A DNA stretch of 64,000 nucleotides, taken from positions 114,585,986 through 114,649,985 of the forward strand of contig NC_068984.1 of the NCBI RefSeq assembly GCF_001194135.2, in the 5' to 3' direction. How positions within the stretch are numbered: position 1 is the stretch's first letter; each line of letters opens with the position of its first letter. The notes beneath the pieces were generated by a model that was given only the letters and a program-made list of their open reading frames with translations, was not told the origin of the DNA and searched no databases. This document shows, piece after piece, positions 12,704 to 26,191 of this stretch. Position numbers and translations under genes: made by a program. This DNA is from Octopus bimaculoides. Lineage: Eukaryota.

Positions 12704-13133
12704 CATCATCGTTTAACGTCCGCTTTCCAGGTTAGCATGGGCTGGACGATTTGACTGAGGACTGGCAAACCAGATGGCTGCACCAGGCTCCATTCTGATC
12801 TGGCAGAGTTTCTACAGCTGGATGCAATTCCTAACGCCAACCACTCCGAGAGTGTAGTGGATGCTTTTACGTGGTACGAAGGCTAGTCAGGCGGTACTGG
12901 CAACAGCCACACTGAAATGGTGTTTCTTACGTGCCACCTGCACAGGAGCCAGTCCAGCAGCACTAGCAACGACCTTGCTCGAATGTTTCCTTTCGTGCCA
13001 CCGGCACTAGTGCCAGTAAGGCAACGCTGGTAACGATCACGCTCGAATGGTGCTTTTCACATGCCACTGGCACAGGAGCCAGACAGTTGCTCGGGCAATG
13101 ATCACACTCGGATGGTGCTGTTAGCGCTGAGCT
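12704..13133 (-). mobile_element. Young RTE-3'UTR-derived element with internal ~65-bp tandem units
   Basis: catcatcgtttaacgtccgctttcc…ctggatgc…cctaacgccaaccac, then about four gtgccac…gcac…gctcgaa units; CpGs retained. Confidence 0.85.
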
Positions 13134-13477
13134 TCTTTCAGTATCCATCTACCAAATATACACATGAAGCTTTGGTTGGTCAGGGCTACAGAAAAAACTT
13201 GTAAAAGGTGCTGTGTAGTGGCACCTTGGGCAAGTGTCTTCAACTAATGCCCTTGCTAAGTTACAGATTATAAGAATACAATCATCAAATATTATTTTAT
13301 TGGTGTGTCTATTATCTGAAAGAAGGAAAACTCGTAGGGGAATGTGAAGTTTATTCCTTCTGAACCTTTTTCTCTTTTCCCTTTTAAGCAATATGAGCCA
13401 TTTACACATCCAATTTTTACCAATGAAGCAGATCTGTAAAGAGAACTGCTGGAGAAGCCCATGAAGGAACCTCCACA

Positions 13478-13690
13478 AGTTTACTTGACTTGTTAGAAAT
13501 AGCAGTCAAATTTCTTTCAAATCTCTCCTACAGGGTCTTGAAAAAAAACGGGAAGTAAATATTGGATAAAATAGTCCTATATGAACTGTCTTCAGAAAAG
13601 ATGCTATGGTCACAGCTGAAATGCCTTTGATCAGAGGCCTGCTTGATCAACATTGACCTAGGGCTAAACAACATAACAACCACCACCTGT
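13478..13690 (+). mobile_element. Retroposon 3' tail with (AAC)n end; further copies about 26680-26885 (+), 36290-36400 (-), 43940-44110 (-)
   Basis: Shared ttagaaatagcag.caaat…cctttgatca…gggctaaacaac motif in four places. Confidence 0.7.
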
Positions 13691-14259
13691 TGCAGATGAG
13701 ATTGAAGTTTAGGTAAACTTTTTAAGGCCTAGTCTCCAACATTGTGAACTATGATCTAATTACAGATGCTCTATCACTAGCAAAGCCTCTTTTGACACGT
13801 GTCATCTCCTGTTTCATGAAATTATTAACTAATTACAGGAAATATGATCAGCCAATGGAAACTAAATGATAGAACAATTAATTTTTTTTAAAATTGAAAA
13901 ATAAGAAAGAAAAGTCAGTACTACTAATTACGGCATTTGATACACTATAATTCTTCAAATTATTGTCCCCATTTCATTCAGTAATTCATACAAGTATTTT
14001 AAATGAAGTAATATGTAATTATCACCAAACCCTAAGAAATGAGAACTGCTATTTAATGTCAAAAATGAGACTCCATATAAATATGAAAAGCTGCTTACTT
14101 TTAATTATTTCTATATTTTTTTTTTTTACCTATTTTCATATCTGCTTAAAATTACAGCTAAGCATTTTTGTTTCATTGCTTTTTCATATTATTTTGCAGG
14201 TAATTTTTATTCATTAGAACACATTTAATAGAAAAGTATAAATAAAACAACAAAATTCA

Positions 14260-14261
<2 letters not shown>

Positions 14262-14316
<55 letters not shown>
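14262..14316. repeat. (CA)n microsatellite
   Basis: Direct reading. Confidence 0.95.
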
Positions 14317-14318
<2 letters not shown>

Positions 14319-14514
14319 GAAGTTAATGGATTCTATATGTCAAAATGTTTAAAAATTGCTACAGCTGTTATATACTGCTATTGTGATTTGATTAACAATT
14401 CTGCGTGTAAAGTTTTACAATTTGCATTCCAAACAAATTTCTAATTTAACTTAACAAATGCTTTCTTTTACATGGCTTTTTCCAAAACATGTGTGAAAAA
14501 TTTAACACTAACAA

Positions 14515-14885
14515 TCATCTTCACCATCCAACATTCATTTTCCATGCCTGTATGAGCTGGATGGTTTGACAAGAGCTGGCAAGCCAGAGGACTGCACCAA
14601 GTTCTGCTGTCCGCTTTGGTATAGTTTCTACAGCTAAATGCCCTTTCTAACACCAATCACTTTACAAAGGGTTACTGGCTGCTTTTTAACATGGTACCAA
14701 CAACGAGATCATTAAGTAACTAACAAGACAGGACCCCTCAGTTGCAGGGTGGCTTTGTGACTAAAAATGAGAGATTAAAATATGATAGAGGGACAGAAAC
14801 AGATGTCATGTTGTAGAGGAGATGCATGGCTAAGGATAGAGAAAAGGAAAGGTTAGAAAGAGAAAAGATGGTGAAGAAGATGTGT
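14515..14885 (-). mobile_element. Non-autonomous RTE-tailed element truncating mariner 2
   Basis: RTE 3' UTR motifs at the left, purine-rich segment at the right, abutting mariner codons. Confidence 0.75.
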
Positions 14886-14889
14886 CAGA

Positions 14890-16093
14890 ATGTACCATCA
14901 ACTTCTGGAACATCATTAGTGAAGTGTGTGGTCAAGCATTGTCCTGAAGAATGATTGGCCCTCTTCTGTTGATCAGTCTGGGATGGAGGAGTACCAGTTT
15001 TTCATTCATTTTGGCAATTTCATGGCAATATGTTTCTGCAGTAATGGTTTTTCCAGGTTTTAAGAAGTCATAGTGGATGAGTCCAGCAGTACACCACCAA
15101 ACAGTCACTATAACCTTCTTTTTGAAGAGCTTAGGTTTAGGGAGGGTTTTCAGTGCTTCATTTTGGTCCAAGCTTTGTGAAGAACACTTTTTATTATTGT
15201 ACAGAATCCAGTTTTCATTGCAAGTTGCAATACGGTCAAGAAATGGATTGGTCTGGTTACATTACAGAGAAGAAGCAACGAGCAAATTTCATATCTGCAC
15301 ATTTTCTGATTTTCATTCAAATCATGTGGTACCCATTTGTCATGCTTTTTTGATTTTCCAATCACATGCAAATGGTTGCAGGCAGTTTTCTGGCTAACTT
15401 GAAATTCTTTTGCCAGTTCTCAAGTGGTTTTATGTGGATCTTTCTCCATGATGGTCTTTAATTGACCATCATCGAGGATAGATGAGCATCCACTATGCTC
15501 ACAATATTCAAGGCTCAGGTCTCCACTCACTACAAAATTGTTTAACCTTTTCAGCCCGGCTGGTACATATTTGCAGTCAAAAATTTTATAACCCAAATCT
15601 TTAAAATTCCCATTGTATGTGATGTAGTATAGTACCGCTCCAGTTTTTCTGGTAAGTATGTAGTGCCAAGATGTATGATTGAAGTGCATGACACTATAAT
15701 GACAGCTCAAAAGGTTCGCATGCATACAAACCTTGTGCCATTTCCGACTTGAGAAAAAATTCCAGGGTTAAACCATTTTCAAGCTGACCACTCACTGGTC
15801 ATTTCCTCACAAACGTTTAGTTGATATCGCAAGCAGTTTCAGCTGCTTTACATCCTTTTTTTGAAGTTGAATAGCAAAACTGCTTGAATATCGCACTTTG
15901 ACAGTTCCATTTCAGATGATTGTAACAACGGTGAAAAAAAATATCAATGTTAATTTATTGATGCATTTGAGCAAGTCTATGTCTGTATTATCAGACAATT
16001 GCAAAACATGTTTAAAAAAAATTCAAAACTCTGCAAAAATCTGGTACAAATTCTTCATGGTTCAAAATGTTGCTTATTTTTTACCCAACCTGA
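14890..16093 (-). mobile_element. Mariner transposon, 3'-truncated, transposase pseudogene
   Basis: TA+tcaggttgggtaaaaaataagcaac TIR at 16093; MELSKCDIQAVLLFNFKKG…KWF…GDLSLE…WVPHDL…TVWW…IILQDNA across stops and frameshifts. Confidence 0.92.
15546..15767. mobile_element. 222-bp TTAA-flanked insertion nested in mariner 2
   Basis: TTAA at 15542-15545 and 15768-15771; removing it restores K-W-F-K-Q-F-C-S…G-D-L-S-L-E. Confidence 0.85.
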
Positions 16094-17092
16094 TAGTATC
16101 TATTTGAGTTTAAGAAACACAAGGATGAAATGAGCTGAGTGCAAATGAGTATGTCCGTAAAATAGAAAGAGAGAAGAAAACAAAATACATGTGTGTATTT
16201 CTTGGACTTCCTCTCTAAGTCAGGTGTAATAAACATGTATGATATCTATTTCAGAACTGTTACACACACTACAACCATATCCATCAAAACCAAAATAATC
16301 TTTTCCAGTAATATCTTCCTATAAATGTCATATTCCTGGTCAAAAACACTTGGTTTCTTACTTAATACATGACCCAAATTTGTTCCACTAACAAAAAAGA
16401 AAAATAATAATAAAATGAACAAATTTGAAGAATACAGAAACATTACTATTTACAAGTGCCACTCCTTCAAACATATTTGCCCCAATCCATCCTCAAGCTA
16501 CCTATTTTGTAGCAAGCTACCTATTTTGGAAGTGTTGCCAAACTGTAGTACTATAAACCAGAGAACCAGTGACATTTCAATAAAGCTAACTATTTACATT
16601 TATATTTTTCACACTTATTTTTCACTTAATTTATGAATTCAAAATTAGGGTAGTGGCACTTGTAACCTTTCCTAGTCAAATACTATTGTCAGTACTTATA
16701 ATGGCGATTGAACATAATCCCTCTAACTGTAAACCATAATAAATATGCTATAGCAATGCCCGAAACAAAGTATTCAGAAGAGGAAATACTTGGCCTTTTA
16801 ATTAATTGGTCTTTCTGATGTCAGCTGATGAAGATTCAACCATTTACTAAAAAATGCAATAAAGAAGTTAAAACTAATGACTTCTTTTAGGCAAATGAAT
16901 TCTGCAGGGAAGGGTGTGTGTGTATTAGTTGATTTAAGTGACATACATCTGGTACTTATTTTTAGCAATGCTAAATGAAATGAAAGGAAAAGCCAAGTTT
17001 AAAAAAATATTTGAAATTATACTAAACTGGATACCATAATCATTAGTTTCACTGGTACCCTCATTGCCATCATCATCATCATCATAATTTAA

Positions 17093-17314
17093 CCCTTTAA
17101 CATTTAAACTGTCTATATCTAGCTTAAATATTCTACTTGTTTTTTTTATTCATACTGGCCCTATCAGGCCTCTCACACATACCATAAGATGTCACTCTCA
17201 GTATATACAATTTCATCATTGAAGTCTCAAAGTTATGAGAGAATACATGAGTAATTTAAAATAATGTGAATAAAGAAACATAACATATGACAAAATAATC
17301 TGAATGCTAAAGGG
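17093..17314. mobile_element. piggyBac-like MITE family A, intact
   Basis: TTAA|ccctttaacatt…aatgctaaaggg|TTAA. Confidence 0.9.
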
Positions 17315-17589
17315 TTAACATCCAGCTTCCATGCTGGTGTGGGTTGGACAACACTCTTGAAAAAATGCAAGGCAAAATAGAACATTTCATATATTACTCC
17401 ACTTCTAACCTTACTCCTTATATGTTCTTGCAACCTCTACTCACCGATACTCCTGGTTCATCTGTCCCCCATTCACTTTTACTCACTTGTACCTTGAGAA
17501 TCTACACAGATGACTTTTTGCTTATTTGGAGCATTGCCTCAAAGAATTTTTAGTCAAATGAACTGATTCCAGGATTGCTTTCTTTTTAT

Positions 17590-17855
17590 TTTTTTTAAAG
17601 CCTTGTACTTATTCTATGGATCTTTTCTGCCAAACTGCTAAGTTATGAGGACATAATCTCATCAACACCAGTTGTCTAGCAGTGGTGAGGGACACACACA
17701 TGACAGGCTTCTTTCAGTTTCCATCCACCAAATCTACTCACAAAGCTTTGGTCAGCCTGAGACTATAGTAGAAGACACTTGCTCAAAGTGTTATACAGTG
17801 GGACTGAACCCAAAACCATGTGATTGAGAAGCAAGCTTCTTACCACACAGCCACC
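17590..17855 (-). mobile_element. SINE family A, degraded
   Basis: Colinear with 8803-9193. Confidence 0.8.
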
Positions 17856-17859
17856 TCCT

Positions 17860-18240
17860 CATCACTATTTTATACCTTCCCCACCTTGATCATCTTTACT
17901 TTCTCTTCTAAAATGTGAGTAGCCATGTGGCCTCTCTACAGCAGGAAGCCTATTTCTGCTCTGGCCTTTTCCCTCGCATTTTAACCCTTCCTCTCCTAGT
18001 ATAGTGCCACCACTCTCTTTGGGTTCTTAGTCTCACAAGCTGCATGGTAATCTCACTAGTGCTGATGCACCAAAAATAAAAGAACTGAGGACATACTGTA
18101 AAATAGTTGGCATTAAGAACATCCAGCTATAGAAACCATACCAAAATAGACAGTAGAACACAATGCAGTGCCTGAAATCATTGGATCTTGTCAAACTCCA
18201 ACTCATGCCAGCATGGAACATAGATGCTAAATGATGATGT
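17860..18240 (+). mobile_element. Non-autonomous RTE-tailed element; similar copies about 20335-20760 (+), 33400-33810 (+), 40700-41090 (-), 58430-58690 (-), 60000-60230 (+)
   Basis: Pyrimidine-rich 5' part, then gttggcatt…catccagct.tagaaaccat…catgccagcatgg…gatgatg. Confidence 0.75.
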
Positions 18241-19117
18241 TCTCAGTGGAACAGTACACTCCACTGAGAAGATCACATGAATTTAGATAAATGCTGGGTA
18301 AATCTACTGGATAAATCATGTGGATATAATTTAAACAAGATTTATTAATGTTACTGAATTTATTTCATTTCAAACACATATGAAATGATAGTTGCTACAA
18401 AGAAACTACAGCTACCTGAGAGTTTTCTAATGAAAGAACAAATTACAGAAACAAATATACACACAAGTCTAGTCTAGGAATATATTGCGAGAGCAACAAC
18501 CTGGTGTACAAAACATTTTAGAAGAAGGATAAGAGTGAGAGAAAGAGAGAGAGAGAATGCATTCCTCTGAAAATTTCTTATTGCATAAGATCAGCTACTT
18601 TTGTTTATCGTGTTTGTAGCTACAATGATATAAACCATCCCTCATAAATAGGCTTAGCATTCAAAAGAATCTGCTCAATACATTTTCATATTTTGTGCCA
18701 ACGTCATTCTCGTGCAAAAACAACAAAAAGGAAGAAAAAGCGAAAACAATAAATAAATAAAATAACAATCATTCATGTCATTTGTTATATTAGCAAAAGA
18801 CTCAAAATACTGAAAACAATTCTTTTACAAAACAATGATGGCACCATTGTTTTATGTTTATATGTTTCCAAGTTGGCATACTTTGGGAACAAAAACAAAA
18901 GACAGAAAACAAAAGCATAAAAAGTTTTTTTTTTTTTCAATCGGTCACTGATGTTCATTTATTTTCTTTTTTCCCTTGTTCACAACAACAAAATGTTACA
19001 GTTCATGAAAAATTATTGGACTAATTCTTTTTTGACAAGGGAAAATGAAGTATCCACATTCATCATCTGTAGCACTTAGATGAATGTATGTCTATGCTTC
19101 ATACACAAGTACGCATA

Positions 19118-19438
19118 TATTGGCACTGTTGGTTACAACAATGCGGGTTCCAGCTGATGCAATCAATGGATCAGCCTGCTCGTGAAATTAACATGCAAGT
19201 AGCTGAGCACTCTACAAATACATGTACCCCCAATGTAATTCTCAAGGATATTCAGCATGACACAGAATGCGACAAGACTGACCCTTTGAAATACAGATAC
19301 TACACATTTTTACCAACTGAGTGAACTGGAGCAACATTAAATAAAGTGTCTTGCTCAAGGACACAATGCATTGCTAGGAATCGAACTCATGACCTTAAGA
19401 TCGTGAGCCAAATACCTTAACCACTAAACCATGCACCT
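19118..19438 (-). mobile_element. tRNA-SINE with family-C 3' half but a different central module
   Basis: Tail gggttccagctgat…cagcctgctcgtgaaattaac…gaccctttgaa matches 7824-8214; middle is gtgaactggagcaac…aagtgtcttgctcaaggacac. Confidence 0.8.
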
Positions 19439-19591
19439 TATATATATATATATATATACTTTATTAACAAAGCATATTACTCTCCCTCCGGTATTCAAGC
19501 ACTATTTTTCCACCTTGTTTCATATTTATGTGCTCTCTCTCTCTCTCTCTCTTTCTCTCTCATATATATATATATATATATGGGAGAATAT

Positions 19592-20062
19592 ACAAATAAT
19601 AACAACAGACGAGGACAGGTGGTGTAAATAACAAAAGGATGTATTAGTATGACGCTCGGGAATACGGAAAGTCTTTGACGTTTCGAGCTACGCTCTTCAA
19701 CAGAAAGAATACGGAGACAAGGAGAAAAACACGGAGAAAAAAAATTGAATAGTGTTCAGTCAACGGTCAATCATAATAATGATATATGAGCATATGGATG
19801 TATACATACATATATGTACATACCCACATCTACATGTATATATATAGATGCATATCCGGGTACAGGACGTCAAAAAACGTGGACAAAAAAGGAATGGGAA
19901 CATAAACAAAGCACAAAAAAACCGGACTTTTTTTACGGACAACAGAATGAACACATAGGAAAACAGACAATCCACTTATGGAACTTTTCCTTCATCAGCT
20001 GCCTCTATTCTAAACTAGGCATTTCAAAGATGATATATCATAGGGTAGCATGTCATAGACAA
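19592..20062 (-). mobile_element. Penelope-like element terminal-repeat remnant
   Basis: CpG-rich young repeat containing a minimal hammerhead motif; left part homologous to about 32420-32530. PLE assignment is inferred from the ribozyme architecture; no RT or GIY-YIG seen. Confidence 0.55.
19672..19708 (-). ncRNA. Minimal type-I hammerhead ribozyme motif (U6 variant)
   Basis: Minus strand: UCUUU-CUGUUGA-A-GAGC(GUA)GCUC-GAAAC-GUC-AAAGA. 5-bp stem I, 4-bp stem II, palindromic ACGU stem III, GUC site. Confidence 0.7.
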
Positions 20063-20290
20063 TAGATGAAGGTTCCACAGTTTCTTCTAGCAACTTGTAC
20101 AGGTGATTTGTTTATAGTGACCATATGTTTGTACTCTATGTACATTAGCTCACTCCCTCCACCAAATCAACATTGCCCGTGCAGGTGTACAGTGAGCCAC
20201 ACATCAGATGTTGAAGTGATCACAGAGCAATGCAAGATTTACTCAAGTGTCATCCAGCCCAAGAATCGAAACTGTAATCTTACACAATTA

Positions 20291-20321
<31 letters not shown>

Positions 20322-21035
20322 ACCCTCTGATTGAGTAACCGTGTATCTCCTCTATAGTAAGACACCTGTTTCTGTCTCTGTCACACTCTAACCTCTCATC
20401 ACCTAGCACAAGGTCACCTCCTCCAAACCCCCCCCCCCCATTAAAGGATCTTAGTCTTGTGAGTTACTTGGTGACCCTGATAGTGCTGGTGCCAAATAGA
20501 AAGCATCCAGTCCATGCTGTTAAGCGGTTGGCATTTGGAAGGGCATTCAGCTGCATAAAAATCATGCCAAAACAGTCCTCACAGGTACTGGTGCCACATA
20601 AAAAGCATTCAGTCAACTTTGTAAAGTAGTTAGCATTTACAAAGGGCATTCAGTCATAAAAATCATGTCAAAATGGACAATGAAGTCTGATGCAGTCTTC
20701 CAGCTTGCCAGGCCCTGTCAAAGTGTCTAACCCATGCCAGCAAGGAAAACAGACATTTTATAGACACACATACACACACACACACATATAAGGATAAGCC
20801 TATTAAAAGGGGTTCGTGGGAAAACTCATTTCAATAAAAGGGGGGGTCCTTGGTAGTGACAAGGTCGGGAGCCACTGATTTATATAATGGAAATGATTAT
20901 GTAACTCATGTTCTTTTGTCATTCATTAATTGTTATTACACTCTGTATTAATTAACCTGATTTAATTACTGCTGCATCTAAGTTACTGAGTTCTAACAAC
21001 TGGTTAATAGCATTGTTATGCCAAGGTGGAATTGT

Positions 21036-21078
<43 letters not shown>

Positions 21079-21084
21079 TGTGCA

Positions 21085-21128
<44 letters not shown>

Positions 21129-22059
21129 ATAGATATATGTGTTTTGGTCCTATTGTTCTTAAATTCAGTTGGAGTTCATGTGAAAAACTATGTCAAAATC
21201 TGTTTTCATCAATTAGTAACCATTACAGGAGAGTTCAGTTCAATGTAACGTAATACACAAAAAAAACGACATGAAATATTCATGTTTTACAAAACTAATA
21301 CAATTAAACAGATATGATATATAATAGGTTTTCTCTACACCTACACTGAGGTAAAATAAACCAATAAACTAGCCAATACGAAAGCCAATGGTAACATACC
21401 AAATCACCATCTGCAACCAATTTTAATGATGTGGACTACCATGGAAAATATACACTAATTGTACAATTTTTTTTCCTTCTTTAAAATGCTGAGAAGACAC
21501 CTGCTGCTTTTATCAACTGAAAGTACCAACTGATCCCTCCTCCTCTAGAAGTAGCAAAAAGAGAGAACTGCATACCAAATAATTCAATGAATAATGATGT
21601 CACAGTTCAACATCCTGCTTAAGCAAGAAAGAACACTCGCCCATTACATGGTACACTGATTATTAAAGAAACATGGCTGGTTTTGGTAGATGGAAACTGA
21701 AAGAAGCCCAGTGTGTATGTGTGTGTGAACTATAAAGCGAAGTCGAACTCAAATGTACCACAGTCCAATGAAGGCTAGCATGCCAAAATTTCAAAGCTAC
21801 TATCAACACTGTTCTTGTAAAAGGATAATAAATATGTACTCTATAAAAAGTATTGAGCAATCCTTCAGTTTAATGTAAAATTGTTTATTATACTTGATAT
21901 AAAAACAAATATATGCATTTATGTATGTACATATATAAGTGTGCATGGGTGTGTGCGTGTGTGTGTGTGTATGTCAAGTATCTCCTCAACACGATAGGGT
22001 AAACCAGTGTCAGTGTCATACACGCAATATCCTTGGCTTACAATCTTCCATGAAAATAT

Positions 22060-22269
22060 ACTCTTTTATTCTTTTATTTGTTTCAGTCATTTGACTGCGG
22101 CCATGCTGGAGCACCGCCTTTAGTCAAGCAAATCGACCCTAGAACTTATTCTTTGTAAGCCTAGTACTTATTCTATCAGTCTCTTTTGCCAAACCGCTAA
22201 GTTACGGGGACGTAAATACACCAGCATCGGTTGTCAAGCGATGTTGGGGGGACAAACACAGACACACAA

Positions 22270-22304
<35 letters not shown>

Positions 22305-22475
22305 CATATATACAACGGGCTTCTTTCAGTTTCCGTCTACCAAATCCACTCACAAGGCTTTGGTCGGCCTGAGGTTATAGTAGAAGACACTTGCCCAAGG
22401 TGCCACGCAGTGGGACTGAACCCAGAACCATGTGGTTGGTAAGCAAGCTACTTACCACACAGCCACTCCTGCGCC
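22060..22475 (-). mobile_element. Young full-length SINE family A nested in an older family-B tail
   Basis: Near-identical to 8803-9193 and 27105-27506; flanks rejoin as ttccatgaaaatat/gtcaagc. Confidence 0.9.
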
Positions 22476-23304
22476 TAATATGTCAAGCTATTTGAAATAT
22501 CATCTTACATAGAAACAAGTGAGTGTTAGCAACAGGAAAAGCATCTAGCTGTAAAAAAATCTCTACTTCAACAAATTCTCTCCTGCCCATGCAAGTAATG
22601 GAAAGTGGACATTAAAACATTCTCCACCACTACCACTAAAAATTAAGATATTAAGATATTGTGAAATTAGCAAAAGTTCCAAGGAGTTACCACATAAAAT
22701 GATATTATTTAAACACAAGAAGGCAGGTTGAAGATTATCCTGCGAGATAATTTTGCCCATCACTCATTGAAAATATGCCATGGTAGTCATAATGCCAAAT
22801 GAAAGTCTTGCATACTGATACAATTGTTCCAAGGCTTGAAAAGAAATATATGGATGGACTTTAAATTACCAGTGGTAGCTAATAATAGACAGGTTTCGTA
22901 TTGACCTTGCTAAGATATAAATGCTACAATATAGTATATATTAACTTCTCAATGACAGACACTGGAGAAAGAATTGAGAATAGTATAAAGATTAATAGTG
23001 ACTGACAAATCAATGACAAAGCACTGCTTGTGACTTTTCACTTTTTGTTACTACAATAACTCTCCATAAGTTACATAGTTCTACAATGCCCTCTCTTTTA
23101 TTAGATATTTTATTTTATGTCTAATAAATTTTCTATCATCTGTAGAATACCTTCAAGTATAGCAATATATTTTATGTCTGGGATTAAATTAATGAAGGCT
23201 ATAAGAAGTGGAATCATCAAACAAACAAAATCTGACAACACAAGAAGGACTTCAGGGCCATTAACCCTTTCGTTACCATACTTTTTGAAATTCACTATCT
23301 TTAT

Positions 23305-23812
<508 letters not shown>

Positions 23813-24365
23813 CTACGTTTCAATTAATTTAGAAAATAGTGAATAATTTAGAAACTTAACCATGTCATTATTATTAATCTGGTGTTTAGAACATAAATTA
23901 ACATAAAGTTATGATGGGCAGTTTTAATCTGGATCATTTGTATCATAGAACCAAAAGCAGTCTCAGATGTAGCTGGAGTCAAAAGAATTAAAAGTAAATA
24001 CCACTCAAAAATGCTGAGACATGAAGCTGTGTCAAAGTATAACACCCGGAGACAGAATATAACTGAAGTATAAAGTATAACATCCAAGAAGAGACTGTAA
24101 TATAACTAAAGTGACTACTGTTTGCGCAACTTTTCAACATTCGAATGTCAACTTCACATATTCCCATCATTCAAGAACTAAGCTGAACTGACATCTCCAC
24201 ATGATTCTAAATTGTTTAAGGATTAAAACATTCTATTGAGAAATATCAGCTTTGATTAAGTTGTCAGTGCTTACACAACTAAAGCTTGCATTGATTGATT
24301 GTTAATTACAATATTAATGAGTGCATAACACAAGATGTTCTAATACAGCTGGAGAAGCTAATAAT

Positions 24366-24581
24366 TTTTTTTTACTCTAGGCACAAGGCCCAAAATTTTG
24401 GGGGAGGGGGCCAGTCAATTACATCGACCCCAGTACGTAACTGGTACTTAATTTATCGACCCTGAAAGGATGAAAGGCAAAATTGACCTTGGCAGAATTT
24501 GAACTCAAAACATAACGGCAGATGAAATACCGCTAGCATTTTGCATGGCATGCTAACAACTCTGCCAGCTTACCACCTTGA
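24366..24581 (-). mobile_element. Nin/Deu-like SINE with 13-bp TSD
   Basis: TSD agaagctaataat at 24353-24365 and 24582-24594. Confidence 0.88.
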
Positions 24582-24810
24582 AGAAGCTAATAATGCCTTA
24601 TAAATTTGTCTATAATGTCGTCCTGGAGGCTTATTACATAATTTGCACACTTGTGATATATGACAAACCTCGCTAGACATTTCCTGCAGTCATGAAAGAA
24701 GATGAAAAAAGGGGGGGGGGATTCTTCTATAAAACCATCTTTTTGGTTTGGTGTCCTCCTTTGTAACAGTAATAATATTCACAAGCATATCCTGATTATA
24801 TATGCAAGCA

Positions 24811-24975
24811 CCTTTTAGCATTTAAACACCATATTCAGCCAAAATAAAATACAATGTTAGTCTGAAAATAATCCTAGTATTGAGATTTCAAAGCTACGAG
24901 ATAATGCATGATTAATTCAAAACAATGTGAATAAATAAGCATTACATTTGACAAAGTAATCTGAATGCTAAAGGG
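24811..24975. mobile_element. piggyBac-like MITE family A; an inverted copy lies at about 25419-25634
   Basis: ccttttagcatt…aatgctaaaggg|TTAA. Confidence 0.8.
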
Positions 24976-25755
24976 TTAAAGCCTAGTCCAATCATCCAGT
25001 TTGTGCTACTACTGTTTCTAAGTCCAGCATTTCATTTGATTAGCCTGAGTCTTATATACTGGCTGATATTACTCCAGAAATGAAGTCATCTATTATCTAA
25101 TTCTACAAATGCTGTTCACACAGCAGTGCTTCTTTAAAGCATTAACTAAGAGTTGTAAAGTTTGAAAAAAAATTAATCCAAGGATTCAGTAGGTTGTTTG
25201 CAAGTCACATGTCAATGTTTCACAAAATCCTCATTCCCACAGTTTAACTGGCAGTAAGAAATACTGGTGAATGAATATATTTTCAAATATAAGTAACCAT
25301 TATATGGATACCAAAAATGGCAAGGCCAACTGAGAAGGAACCGTACTGAATCTTTCGGGAAAAAGAACCCTGTCCATATTTGATTTGTGGAATAAACTGT
25401 TGCAAGAAGTATCGTTAATCCCTTAGCATTCAGATTTCTTTCTTAAAAGTATTTCTTATTTATTTACATTGTTTAGAATTAATCATGCATTATTTTGTAG
25501 TTTTAAGATTTTAATAGTGTGTTTGTAAACTTTTAGTGACATTGTACGGTAAGAATGAGTGTGAATCTAGTCAGTTTTAACATAAATCAGGAAGAATATT
25601 TGGGCTGGATATGGCCAGATTAAATGCTAAAGTTTAAGAGATCCATATCAAATACTTTATGCAACAAATAAAGCTACAATTCAATACCCGTCTCAAGCAT
25701 AAGAAAGCACTCACTTATCACTTGATATATGTAATAATACCTGATATTAGTTTAG

Positions 25756-25888
25756 CAGTGATTCTCAACCTTTTTACCCTTGCGTAACCCTTAAAATAAA
25801 TTACATGTCTCAAGGAACTCCTGCACAAAAAAAAATTATATTCCATATCTTTCTCATTTTTTTCTTCATAGTTCACACAGTAAATATC

Positions 25889-25931
<43 letters not shown>

Positions 25932-26191
25932 NNNNNNNNNNNNNNNNNNNNNNNNNNNNNNNNNNNNNNNNNNNNNNNNNNNNNNNNNNNNNNNNNNNNN
26001 NNNNNNNNNNNNNNNNNNNNNNNNNNNNNNNNNNNNNNNNNNNNNNNNNNNNNNNNNNNNNTGATTCTCAACCTTTTTACCCTTGCGTAACCCTTAAAAT
26101 AAATTACATGTCTCAAGGAACTCCTGCACAAAAAAAAATTATATTCCATATCTTTCTCATTTTTTTCTTCATAGTTCACACAGTAAATATC

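Noticed and set aside
18240-18270. 11-bp hairpin ttctcagtgga…tccactgagaa
   Set aside because: Stem length is near chance expectation for 64 kb of AT-rich DNA; no supporting context.
19972-20002. Third hammerhead-like half: CUGAUGA-A-GGAA(AAG)UUCC on the minus strand
   Set aside because: Followed by AUAAG instead of GAAA and no convincing stem I or III; at best a decayed copy.
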